The notes under the pieces are model-generated. The model worked only from the letters and a program-made list of their open reading frames with translations. It was not told the DNA's origin and made no database searches. 24,486 nt of DNA from Candidatus Cryosericum sp. (lineage in GTDB: Bacteria > Caldisericota > Caldisericia > Cryosericales > Cryosericaceae). Every line of letters starts with the position of its first letter. Within the stretch, counting starts at the first letter, position 1. The stretch lies in assembly GCA_049699855.1 (NCBI GenBank), contig JBNAWM010000009.1:1-24486 (forward strand), in the 5' to 3' direction. Position numbers and translations under genes: made by a program. Positions 17,072-24,486 of the stretch are shown piece after piece.

Positions 17072-18544
17072 GTGCTTGAATTGAACGAGGTCGAGAACAG
17101 CCGCAGAGACAGGATCGAGGAACTGCGCCAGCAGGGAGTCGACCCCTTTGGCCATCGATTTGCTGACACGCTCGAGACGGCAGAGATCATCAGGCGTTTC
17201 GATGAGCTGGCAAGCACTGTCATTCGTGCGCGAGGCCGGGTCATGGCCATCCGTGGTCATGGAAAGGCATGTTTCCTTGTTCTGGCCGACATGTCTGGCA
17301 GGATACAGTTGTATGTGCGGGCTGACGACCTGAAGGAGCCAACGTACGAATGGTTCAAGAAGTATGTCGATTCGGGAGACATCATCGGAGTTGAGGGAAC
17401 TCCCTTCGTGACGCATACGGGGGAGAAGACCATTGCTGTCTCGAGGCTGTGGATCCTTTCGAAAGCGATCCGGACACTGCCTGAGAAATTCCATGGCCTG
17501 ACGGACGTGGAAATCCGCTACCGACAGCGGTATGTCGATTTGATCGTGAACCCTGAGGTGCGCGACGCTTTCGAAAAGCGCTCCCGCATTGTCACCCACA
17601 TGCGGACCTATCTGACCGAGCGAGGGTACCTCGAGGTCGAGACTCCTATGCTGCAGCCCATAGCAGGGGGAGCAACAGCCCGTCCCTTTGTGACGCATCA
17701 CAACGCGCTGGACCAGGACCTGTTTCTTCGTATTGCTCCGGAGTTGTATCTGAAAAGGCTTCTGGTTGGTGGTTTCGAGAGAGTTTTTGAGATCAACCGA
17801 AGTTTTCGCAATGAAGGCATAGACACGGTCCACAACCCGGAGTTTACGATGATGGAGCTCTATGAGGCCTACTCCGATCTGGATGGGATGATGAGTCTGA
17901 CCGAGGACCTGATTCTCGACCTGGTCGACAAGGTAACCAAGGTACCGGTTGTCCACTTCGGGGATCAAGTCATCGATTTTCATGGGCCGTTTGCCCGCAC
18001 GACTTTTGACGCGGCGATGCGGCTGTATGCTGGCGTGAGTCTGGAAGACCTCCGGGACGATGCTTTGGCTCATCGGAAGATCGCCGAGTTTGGCATCCAC
18101 ATGGACAAGACCTTCGACTATGCAAATGTCGTCAACGAAGTGTTTGACAAGATGGTTGAGCCGAATTTTGTGAATCCCACGTTTGTCCATGACTATCCAG
18201 TGGAGATTTCTCCTCTTGCTAAGCGCATTCCTGATCATCCTGAGCGGGTTCAGCGGTTTGAATTGTTCGCGGGCGGAATGGAATTGGCGAATGCCTTTAC
18301 GGAGCTCAATGACCCTGTCGATCAGGAGGAGAGATTCCGTCAGCAGGCTGCTGCAAAGGCTGCTGGAGATGACGAGAGTCAGGCGATGGATTTTGACTAC
18401 GTTCGCGCGCTGCAATATGGGATGCCGCCGGCCGGCGGCCTGGGCATCGGCATCGACAGGCTCGTCATGTTGCTGCTTGGCGTGGAATCGATTCGCGAGG
18501 TGATTCTCTTCCCTCAGTTGAAGAGAAGAGAAGCTCAGGACTGA
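17072..18544 (+). CDS. lysS: Lysine--tRNA ligase (class II)
   Basis: OB-fold N-terminus, YRQRYVDL, EVETPML, RIAPELYLKRL, FRNEG..HNPEF and GLGIGIDR. Confidence 0.97.
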   Translation: MLELNEVENSRRDRIEELRQQGVDPFGHRFADTLETAEIIRRFDELASTVIRARGRVMAIRGHGKACFLVLADMSGRIQLYVRADDLKEPTYEWFKKYVDSGDIIGVEGTPFVTHTGEKTIAVSRLWILSKAIRTLPEKFHGLTDVEIRYRQRYVDLIVNPEVRDAFEKRSRIVTHMRTYLTERGYLEVETPMLQPIAGGATARPFVTHHNALDQDLFLRIAPELYLKRLLVGGFERVFEINRSFRNEGIDTVHNPEFTMMELYEAYSDLDGMMSLTEDLILDLVDKVTKVPVVHFGDQVIDFHGPFARTTFDAAMRLYAGVSLEDLRDDALAHRKIAEFGIHMDKTFDYANVVNEVFDKMVEPNFVNPTFVHDYPVEISPLAKRIPDHPERVQRFELFAGGMELANAFTELNDPVDQEERFRQQAAAKAAGDDESQAMDFDYVRALQYGMPPAGGLGIGIDRLVMLLLGVESIREVILFPQLKRREAQD

Positions 18545-18572
18545 GACCATTGGGTTGACATAGGAGGGCAGG

Positions 18573-19979
18573 ATGGCAAAGCCCCAAGTTCAGTATCGGT
18601 GCAGCGAGTGTGGATATATAAGCGTCTCGAAGCTCGGAAGGTGCCCGGAGTGTGGAGCCTGGGGCTCGTTTGTTGAGGAGACTTCTCGTCCTGAAGTCGC
18701 GGAGCGGCTTTCGTCACGGGTCCCGAGTGCCACGATCCTGCCCGATGAGACTGAACTCGAAGTGGCCGTAGAGAATGTCCAGCCTGAACGTCGCATGGCG
18801 ACAGGTATTGAGCCGTGGGACGAGGTCCTGGGAGGCGGTCTGGTTGTGGGTTCGGCCGTACTGGTCGGTGGAGAGCCGGGCATAGGCAAGTCAACCCTGG
18901 TACTGCAGGCAGCTGCGGCTCTGGGACGTCATGGCAAAGTCCTCTATGTAAGCGGGGAGGAGTCTCGTTCTCAGATCCTCGGCCGTGTGCGCAGGCTCGG
19001 GCTGAATCCAGACAACCTGCTGCTTGCCACGACGAATTCACTGGCTGACGCGCTCGCTCTTGCCGAACGGGCCAAACCGGCAGCCCTTGTGATGGACTCG
19101 CTGCAGTCGTTTTCAACCGAGGAGGACTTCTTTGGTTCTGGAACGCCAGCACAGCTGAAGATCAATGCTGCCGCCATTGCCGGGTTCTCAAAGAAAGCTG
19201 GAGTGGCTGCCCTGATCATCGGACACGTGACCAAAGATGGAGCCATTGCCGGTCCAAAATACGTAGAGCATCTTGTGGATGCCGTTCTCTATATGGAAGG
19301 TGACCGCTTTGGCGCCTACAGGTTGCTGAGATCAGGGAAGAATCGATATGGCAAGAGCGGGGAAACCGGCTTCTTCGAAATGACATCAGCCGGACTCGTG
19401 CCCATTCTTGATCCATCGAGTGCGTTTGTGACAGATGTGCACAACCTCCAGCCCGGTTCGGTCGTGGTTCCTGCTGCTCAGGGCAGTTTCGCTGTGCTCG
19501 TTGAAGTCCAGTCGCTCGCTGCCACCAGCTATCTTCCCTCTCCCAGGCGTATTGCTACTGGTCTCGACTACGGCAGGCTGATGATCTTGCTGGCGGTGAT
19601 TGAGCGCAGAGCCGGTACCAGCGCTGGCGGGCGCGATGTCTACCTCAACATCTCGGGTGACTTTTCGGTGGAGGATAGAGGTATTGACCTCGGAGTCGGG
19701 CTGTCGCTGTACAGCGCTATTCGCAATGTTCCTATACGCGAAGGGGTGATGCCGATTGCCGAGGTTGGACTCGCAGGTGACCTGCGGCCCGTCTTCAATT
19801 TGCACCGGCGAATCGAACTGGGAGCGCGTATGGGATTTCGGGAGTTTGTCATCAGCGACAAGGCTCGTGACGACCTGTCGGATCTGAAAGGGATCAGCAT
19901 CCATCGAAAGCGTTATCTCAGCGATGTTATCGGCAGTTGCTTTTCGGGAGCTTCTGACGGCGGACAAGGCGGGCAATGA
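18573..19979 (+). CDS. radA: DNA repair protein RadA/Sms
   Basis: C4 zinc finger (CSECG...CPECG), GEPGIGKST, GHVTKDG.IAGP, KNRYG and a Lon-like C-terminus. Confidence 0.95.
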   Translation: MAKPQVQYRCSECGYISVSKLGRCPECGAWGSFVEETSRPEVAERLSSRVPSATILPDETELEVAVENVQPERRMATGIEPWDEVLGGGLVVGSAVLVGGEPGIGKSTLVLQAAAALGRHGKVLYVSGEESRSQILGRVRRLGLNPDNLLLATTNSLADALALAERAKPAALVMDSLQSFSTEEDFFGSGTPAQLKINAAAIAGFSKKAGVAALIIGHVTKDGAIAGPKYVEHLVDAVLYMEGDRFGAYRLLRSGKNRYGKSGETGFFEMTSAGLVPILDPSSAFVTDVHNLQPGSVVVPAAQGSFAVLVEVQSLAATSYLPSPRRIATGLDYGRLMILLAVIERRAGTSAGGRDVYLNISGDFSVEDRGIDLGVGLSLYSAIRNVPIREGVMPIAEVGLAGDLRPVFNLHRRIELGARMGFREFVISDKARDDLSDLKGISIHRKRYLSDVIGSCFSGASDGGQGGQ

Positions 19980-21166
19980 CTGTCCTCGGAGCAGGATCTG
20001 AACACTTTGCTGCGATTGTCGTGTCAGGTGGCAGCAGCACGCGATTCGGGGGGAGCAACAAGCTGTTTTCGGTGGTTGATGGCCGGCCGCTTATTTGCAG
20101 TACACTGGAAAATGTGTGCCAGGCACCCATTCGCAGGCTTGTGCTGGTCTGCAGAGAGCAGGACCGCACACGCATGGAGCGGTGTCTTGCACGGGTCGTC
20201 TTGCCCCACCGGGTTCAGGTCCTGCTGACAAGCGGGGGCTCGACGCGGTTCGAAAGTGTAGCAAAGGGTTTGACAGCGCTGTTGGAGGATGGCGCCGCCG
20301 ATGGGGATTGGGTCTTGATTCACGATGGAGACCGGCCAGCTGTCAGCCGAGCACTTCTGCGAAGATTGGTGGCCGCTCGCGGGACGGGTGCCGTGATCAT
20401 CCCGGTGGCGCCGCTGTCCGATTCACTGCGCCGGGTTTCTGCCGAGGGAAGCGAGGCTGTTGACCGAACAGGGATCGCAGCAGTTCAGACGCCTCAATTG
20501 TGCAAGGTTGGCGTGTTGCGAGACGCCTTTGCCGCTGCCCCCAGAGGCACTGCCTTCACGGACGAAGCTGCCCTGATCCAATCATGCGGCGGAAAAGTGG
20601 CAGTTGTTCAAGGAGATGCCGCGAATATCAAGGTGACGGTTCCCTCTGATCTGAGCGCAGTGCGAAGGGTGCTCGAGAAAGGAGCGAGGACCATCGTGGG
20701 CTTTGGCTACGATGTGCATCGTTTTGAGGCCGGGCGTCGGTTGGTTTTGGGCGGCGTGACAATCCCGTCCGAAGTTGGGCTCTCGGGCACATCAGATGCC
20801 GACGCCGTACTTCACGCGCTCATGGATGCAGTTCTTGGATGCGCCGGTGCCGGGGACATAGGTGGCATGTTTCCCTCGTCGGATGCGCAGTACGCTGGCA
20901 TCGACAGCCGAACGCTGGTGGAACGGGTGATGCGGAACAAACGGGTTCGCCGCCTGAGAGTGTTGAGCGTTGATGTCACCATTGTCGCGGAGCGTCCCCG
21001 GCTGTCTGGATATCAGGAGGCCATGCGGAAGAGCATAGCCCAGCTTCTGCGGGTGCCTGCGAGGAGTGTGGATGTCAAGGTAACAGGCAACGACACCATC
21101 GGATGGATCGGCAGAGGTGAGGGTATCGCCGCTCTGTGCGTCGTGAACGCTGTTCGGCACTTCTGA
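19976..21166 (+). CDS. ispDF: Bifunctional MEP cytidylyltransferase / MEcPP synthase
   Basis: IspD part: GGSSTRF, GGSTRFESV, IHDG.RP, VQTPQ, TDEA, NIKVT. IspF part: GYDVH, SDADA.LHA, GDIG, GRGEGIAA. Confidence 0.9.
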   Translation: MTVLGAGSEHFAAIVVSGGSSTRFGGSNKLFSVVDGRPLICSTLENVCQAPIRRLVLVCREQDRTRMERCLARVVLPHRVQVLLTSGGSTRFESVAKGLTALLEDGAADGDWVLIHDGDRPAVSRALLRRLVAARGTGAVIIPVAPLSDSLRRVSAEGSEAVDRTGIAAVQTPQLCKVGVLRDAFAAAPRGTAFTDEAALIQSCGGKVAVVQGDAANIKVTVPSDLSAVRRVLEKGARTIVGFGYDVHRFEAGRRLVLGGVTIPSEVGLSGTSDADAVLHALMDAVLGCAGAGDIGGMFPSSDAQYAGIDSRTLVERVMRNKRVRRLRVLSVDVTIVAERPRLSGYQEAMRKSIAQLLRVPARSVDVKVTGNDTIGWIGRGEGIAALCVVNAVRHF

Positions 21167-21180
21167 CCGAGAGAATACAG

Positions 21181-21447
21181 GCCGTACGCTGAGCACTTGT
21201 GACACCGATCCCCGGCGTGATCGACTGCCTCCAGCTCCAGTTGCATCGGGCCACGGCACATGCTCTACTCAGTACTGTTGCTTCCTTCCGGACCTGGCAG
21301 GATTCAGAGCTTTGCATTGCATGGTGTGCAGCTTTCAACGCTTTTGGCAGAGATTGTTTCGGAACTCAAGGCCCCGCATGCTCAGCATGGACCCCGGTAA
21401 GCGGATTCCGGGCTACAGGGCACCGCTGGCTCCCCGTCCTGTACGGC
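21181..21447 (-). ncRNA. ffs: Signal recognition particle RNA, large (Alu-domain-containing) bacterial type
   Basis: The minus strand begins GCCGTACAGGACGGGGAGCCAGCGGTGCCCTGTAGCCCGGAATCCGC (Bacillus scRNA-like Alu 5' end). It contains helix-8 CAGGTCCGGAAGGAAGCAAC and ends GTACGGC, complementary to the 5' end; about 267 nt. Confidence 0.93.
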
Positions 21448-21453
21448 ATCTGT

Positions 21454-21481
21454 AGTATACGCGCGCAGAGGCGATCGTCAA
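21454..21481 (-). promoter_or_regulatory. Sigma70-type promoter for SRP RNA
   Basis: On the minus strand: TTGACG (21481-21476), 16-nt spacer, TATACT (21459-21454). The predicted +1 near 21447 coincides with the RNA 5' end. Confidence 0.8.
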
Positions 21482-21485
21482 TCCA

Positions 21486-22538
21486 TCACTGGCCCAGTTG
21501 TGTCAGTGCGATGGAAAGGCGGCTCGTTTGGTCGTGCGCGATGGTTACCTCTCCGGACCAAGGCAGATACCCGGGCAATTCGAGCAGGATGTCGTGCGTT
21601 CCCTCCTTGAGACCGGTGATGGTGAACGGAGCAACCTGATTTGTCGGCTGTCCGTCAATAGTAATCGAGGCTCCAGCCGGATCTGTGGAAATGCTGAGCG
21701 CTCCGACCAGCGAAACGAATTTGTATTGTTTCGAGACCGTGGCGTTCGCCGTGACCGAAATTGTATCGGTGACATCAGGACTGCCGTCAAGCTTGAGCGT
21801 CAGCGCATAGTCTCCAACAGGAAACGAGGTTAGTTGGAGTGGCGTCACACCGTAATCCTTGCCATCCAGCAAGACCTGTGCTCCAGCGGGGGTTGAGCTG
21901 ATGCTGAGCTTGCCAAATGCTTGTACCAGCGAAAAGTCCTGGGTAGCCTGCGCTTCGTCCGAAAGATCGACCGAACGCGCGATGGAGCTGTACCCCTTGA
22001 GGGAGACCACCAGATCATAATTGCGTGGTTTGAGGCCGCTCACGGTCAAGGGGGTGGTTCCCCTCGGTGTTCCGTCTATGCTTACCGTCGCCCCGGAGGG
22101 TGTTGATGTTATGACTAAGGTATAGGCGGCGTGCGTCATGTTCGCTATGATCTGCGCTGTCATTCCTTTGACGGCAGTGGCGCTGCCCTTCCAGACTTCC
22201 CACCCAGAGAGTCGCAATTCTATGGTGTGAGAGCCGGGACTGACGCTATGAACCACCAGCGGTGTGATGCCGACTTCGTGTTCGTCGAGAACTACGGTGG
22301 CGCCTGAAGGAAACGAACGGATGTTCAGGCTTGCTTCGCGTCCCTGTGCATAAAGAAACACAGCGGCAGCAATGACGAGTACTGCTATCAGGATGGGGAT
22401 CCACGCTCTGCTTCTACGGTGCCGGGGTGCCGTGGGCGGCTTGGATGGTTCTGCGGCATGTTGTACTGTACGCGGCTCCTGGAGACTTCCCAGCAGTTCA
22501 TCGATGCGATCTGGTTCGTGAGGATGCGTTTCAGACAT
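21486..22538 (-). CDS. Membrane-anchored protein with four PEGA domains
   Basis: Single TM segment (WIPILIAVLVIAAAVFLYA) after a basic stretch, then four repeats of L.I.S.P.GA.V..DG...G.TP. SD GGAGG precedes ATG 22538. Confidence 0.88.
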   Translation of the reverse strand: MSETHPHEPDRIDELLGSLQEPRTVQHAAEPSKPPTAPRHRRSRAWIPILIAVLVIAAAVFLYAQGREASLNIRSFPSGATVVLDEHEVGITPLVVHSVSPGSHTIELRLSGWEVWKGSATAVKGMTAQIIANMTHAAYTLVITSTPSGATVSIDGTPRGTTPLTVSGLKPRNYDLVVSLKGYSSIARSVDLSDEAQATQDFSLVQAFGKLSISSTPAGAQVLLDGKDYGVTPLQLTSFPVGDYALTLKLDGSPDVTDTISVTANATVSKQYKFVSLVGALSISTDPAGASITIDGQPTNQVAPFTITGLKEGTHDILLELPGYLPWSGEVTIAHDQTSRLSIALTQLGQ

Positions 22539-23160
22539 GATCGTACCTCCCTTCATTCATCCTGCGCAAGACGGTTTCTCGTACGTCAGCGAACACAGCG
22601 GCTGCCGGGCGAGCGGCATCGATGACCACCCATCGGTGTGGCTGGCTCTTCGCCATGTCCAGAAAAGCGCTGCGGACGATCTCAAGAAACTGTCCTCTCT
22701 GCTCGATTCTATCCAGTGTGGTCTTTCGGGCAAGTGAGACGCGTGGGTCGATGTCCAGGAGCAGGGTAAGGTCGGGTGTGAGGCCACCCGTGACAATCTC
22801 CATGAGGTGTTCGACAACTTCTTTGCCGACGTTGCCTGCAACGCCTTGGTAGGCAATCGATGAGTCTGCAAACCTCTCGGCAATGACAATGTCGCCCCGC
22901 TGGAGTGCGGGATGGATGACTTCGTCAATGTCCTGCCTGCGGTCCGCGGCAAACAGAAGGACCTCAGCGAACAGCGACAGATTGAGTTCGTCATGGACCA
23001 GAATGGTTCGCAGTTTTCGGCCCAGCGGGGTGCCCCCCGGCTCAAAGGTGTGTGTCACGGGCAGCTGGAGCCCCCGAAGACATTTCTCCAGTCGTGCGGC
23101 CTGGGTGCTTTTTCCACATCCATCAATCCCTTCAAACGTCAGGAAGAAGGCCCCGCTCAT
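22531..23160 (-). CDS. tmk: Thymidylate kinase
   Basis: [35 protein letters not shown] and DRIE. Confidence 0.95.
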   Translation of the reverse strand: MSGAFFLTFEGIDGCGKSTQAARLEKCLRGLQLPVTHTFEPGGTPLGRKLRTILVHDELNLSLFAEVLLFAADRRQDIDEVIHPALQRGDIVIAERFADSSIAYQGVAGNVGKEVVEHLMEIVTGGLTPDLTLLLDIDPRVSLARKTTLDRIEQRGQFLEIVRSAFLDMAKSQPHRWVVIDAARPAAAVFADVRETVLRRMNEGRYDHV

Positions 23161-24486
23161 CGTGGGTTTCCTGTTGGAGTTTCCCCGGGCTTCATCTGTG
23201 GGGAGTACACGACGACTCGACGGAACGGGGGAGCCCCCTCGCTCTCGCTGAACAAACCGAGCCGTTCCGCCAGCTTGTGCTGGATTCTGCGTTCGAAAGC
23301 GTTGGAGTATGGCAGTTCGCGCGATGAGGATGTGGCAGCGGCTTCCCGCATGAGGCGGATCCAGGCGGAATACTGCTCCTTGTCGATGGACATGGAGTGA
23401 ACACGCCGCAGGAGGTCCTTGACGGCCGCAAGGCTGTTCTTGGTCGTGGTGTAGAGGGGCAATCCAAGTGCCGCCGCACGCTCCACCAGGAAAGGTTTCT
23501 TTGCGGCAGCCGAATCGCTCAGGAGAACAAGGTCAGCCTCCTCCATCGTGCGAGCTACTTGAACATCGGTATGGAGGCTGTGTCCGGCTCTCTCAACATA
23601 GCTCTGGCTGATTCCCTGTATGTACAACTTGACAACGGAATCCTGAGTCCACAACTGGTCAATTCCCGGCTCCTGCTCCACCGGCGTTTCCAGCGAACGT
23701 GACGGTTCGATGACAAAGTCCTTTCCGGCGGTTCGTCTGCGAATTTCGGGTTGAACGTCAAACCCTCTCAGCACTCTGTCCACGACATCGGCGAGGTTGC
23801 GGTAAATGGCAAGCACGTCCCGCTCGCGCAACTCGATCAGCACATCAAAGGTGGGAGCTGCTTTACGCTCCAGAACACTCTTCTGCGTTCCTCTGCGCTG
23901 GGCTTCCTCATCGCTCAGCGTGACCGTCTGGATGCCACCCAGGAGGTCGATGAGCGTAGGATTTGTGATGAGGTTGCCGAGATCATTTCCGTGTGCCGTG
24001 CCGATCAACTCTACGCCTCGTTCAGCGATCGTTCGACAGGCCTGTGCTTCCTCGATGCGACCGATCTCGTCGATGACGATGACTTCGGGATTATGGTTTT
24101 CGACAGCTTCGATCATGATGTCGTGCTGTTCCTTATCGATGGGGACCTGCATGCGGCGCGAAGATCCAACACCAGGGTGAGGCACGTCGCCATCTCCGCC
24201 GATCTCATTGCTGGTGTCAACGATGATGACTCGTTTTCGCAGCGTGTCACTGATGTAGCGTGAGGCCTCACGCAGAAGAGTCGTCTTTCCGATACCCGGT
24301 CTCCCCAGGATGAGAATGCTCGCCCCGCTCTTGACAAGATCCTCGATGACCTCAATCTTGCCATAGAGGGCGCGGCCCACGCGGCACGTGAGGCCCACGA
24401 TGTCATTGTGCCTGTTGCGAATGGCCGAAATGCGGTGCAGGGTCTGTTCAATACCCGCCCGATTGTCCCTGTCGAATTCGCCCACC
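23157..24486 (-). CDS. Ycf45/SpoIIIAA-like AAA ATPase with C-terminal R3H domain; 5'-truncated
   Basis: [18 protein letters not shown], Walker [40 protein letters not shown], and C-terminal [15 protein letters not shown] (R3H). Confidence 0.88.
   Translation of the reverse strand, partial: VGEFDRDNRAGIEQTLHRISAIRNRHNDIVGLTCRVGRALYGKIEVIEDLVKSGASILILGRPGIGKTTLLREASRYISDTLRKRVIIVDTSNEIGGDGDVPHPGVGSSRRMQVPIDKEQHDIMIEAVENHNPEVIVIDEIGRIEEAQACRTIAERGVELIGTAHGNDLGNLITNPTLIDLLGGIQTVTLSDEEAQRRGTQKSVLERKAAPTFDVLIELRERDVLAIYRNLADVVDRVLRGFDVQPEIRRRTAGKDFVIEPSRSLETPVEQEPGIDQLWTQDSVVKLYIQGISQSYVERAGHSLHTDVQVARTMEEADLVLLSDSAAAKKPFLVERAAALGLPLYTTTKNSLAAVKDLLRRVHSMSIDKEQYSAWIRLMREAAATSSSRELPYSNAFERRIQHKLAERLGLFSESEGAPPFRRVVVYSPQMKPGETPTGNPR

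Noticed and set aside
18555..18560. TTGACA upstream of radA
   Set aside because: There is no -10 element at 16-18 nt spacing, and it abuts the radA SD.
21199..21639. 146-aa ORF and other small ORFs over 21013-21338
   Set aside because: They overlap the SRP RNA gene and the PEGA or ispDF genes and show no protein features.
1..24486. CRISPR arrays, IS elements, prophage or defence genes
   Set aside because: No direct-repeat arrays, transposase/integrase motifs or unexplained large gaps were seen. Nearly all sequence is accounted for by the listed genes.

Overview
Mostly core bacterial chromosome, roughly 55-60% GC by eye. Gene order and protein content suggest a deep-branching Terrabacteria-type, probably anaerobic organism, reminiscent of Caldisericota/Cryosericum; this is inference and was not verified. 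Left to right: a 5'-truncated SLH-bearing 5'-nucleotidase, RNase HIII and a type-2 IleRS with the swapped GVHH signature. Next is a minus-strand unit, tRNA-Arg(ACG)-tadA-tRNA-Ser(CGA)-carotenoid-oxygenase-like gene-thiF/moeB-like gene. It is followed by HI0933 flavoprotein-pdxS-pdxT-yebC-ruvC-ruvA-ruvB and then tRNA-Ser(GCT)-coaX-dusB-greA-lysS-radA-ispDF. Converging from the right end are a Ycf45/SpoIIIAA-like R3H ATPase, tmk, a 4xPEGA membrane protein and a large Alu-type SRP RNA. No mobile element or CRISPR array is visible. The best candidate for an undescribed system is 5816-8790. It holds a divergent RPE65/CCO-fold metalloenzyme that keeps the 4 His ligands but lacks two second-sphere Glu and is translationally coupled to an orphan E1-like adenylyltransferase. 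Both lie behind a tadA whose stop codon is inside tRNA-Ser, which gives TadA an RRGG C-terminus. All four recognisable -35/-10 promoters have a 16-nt spacer.
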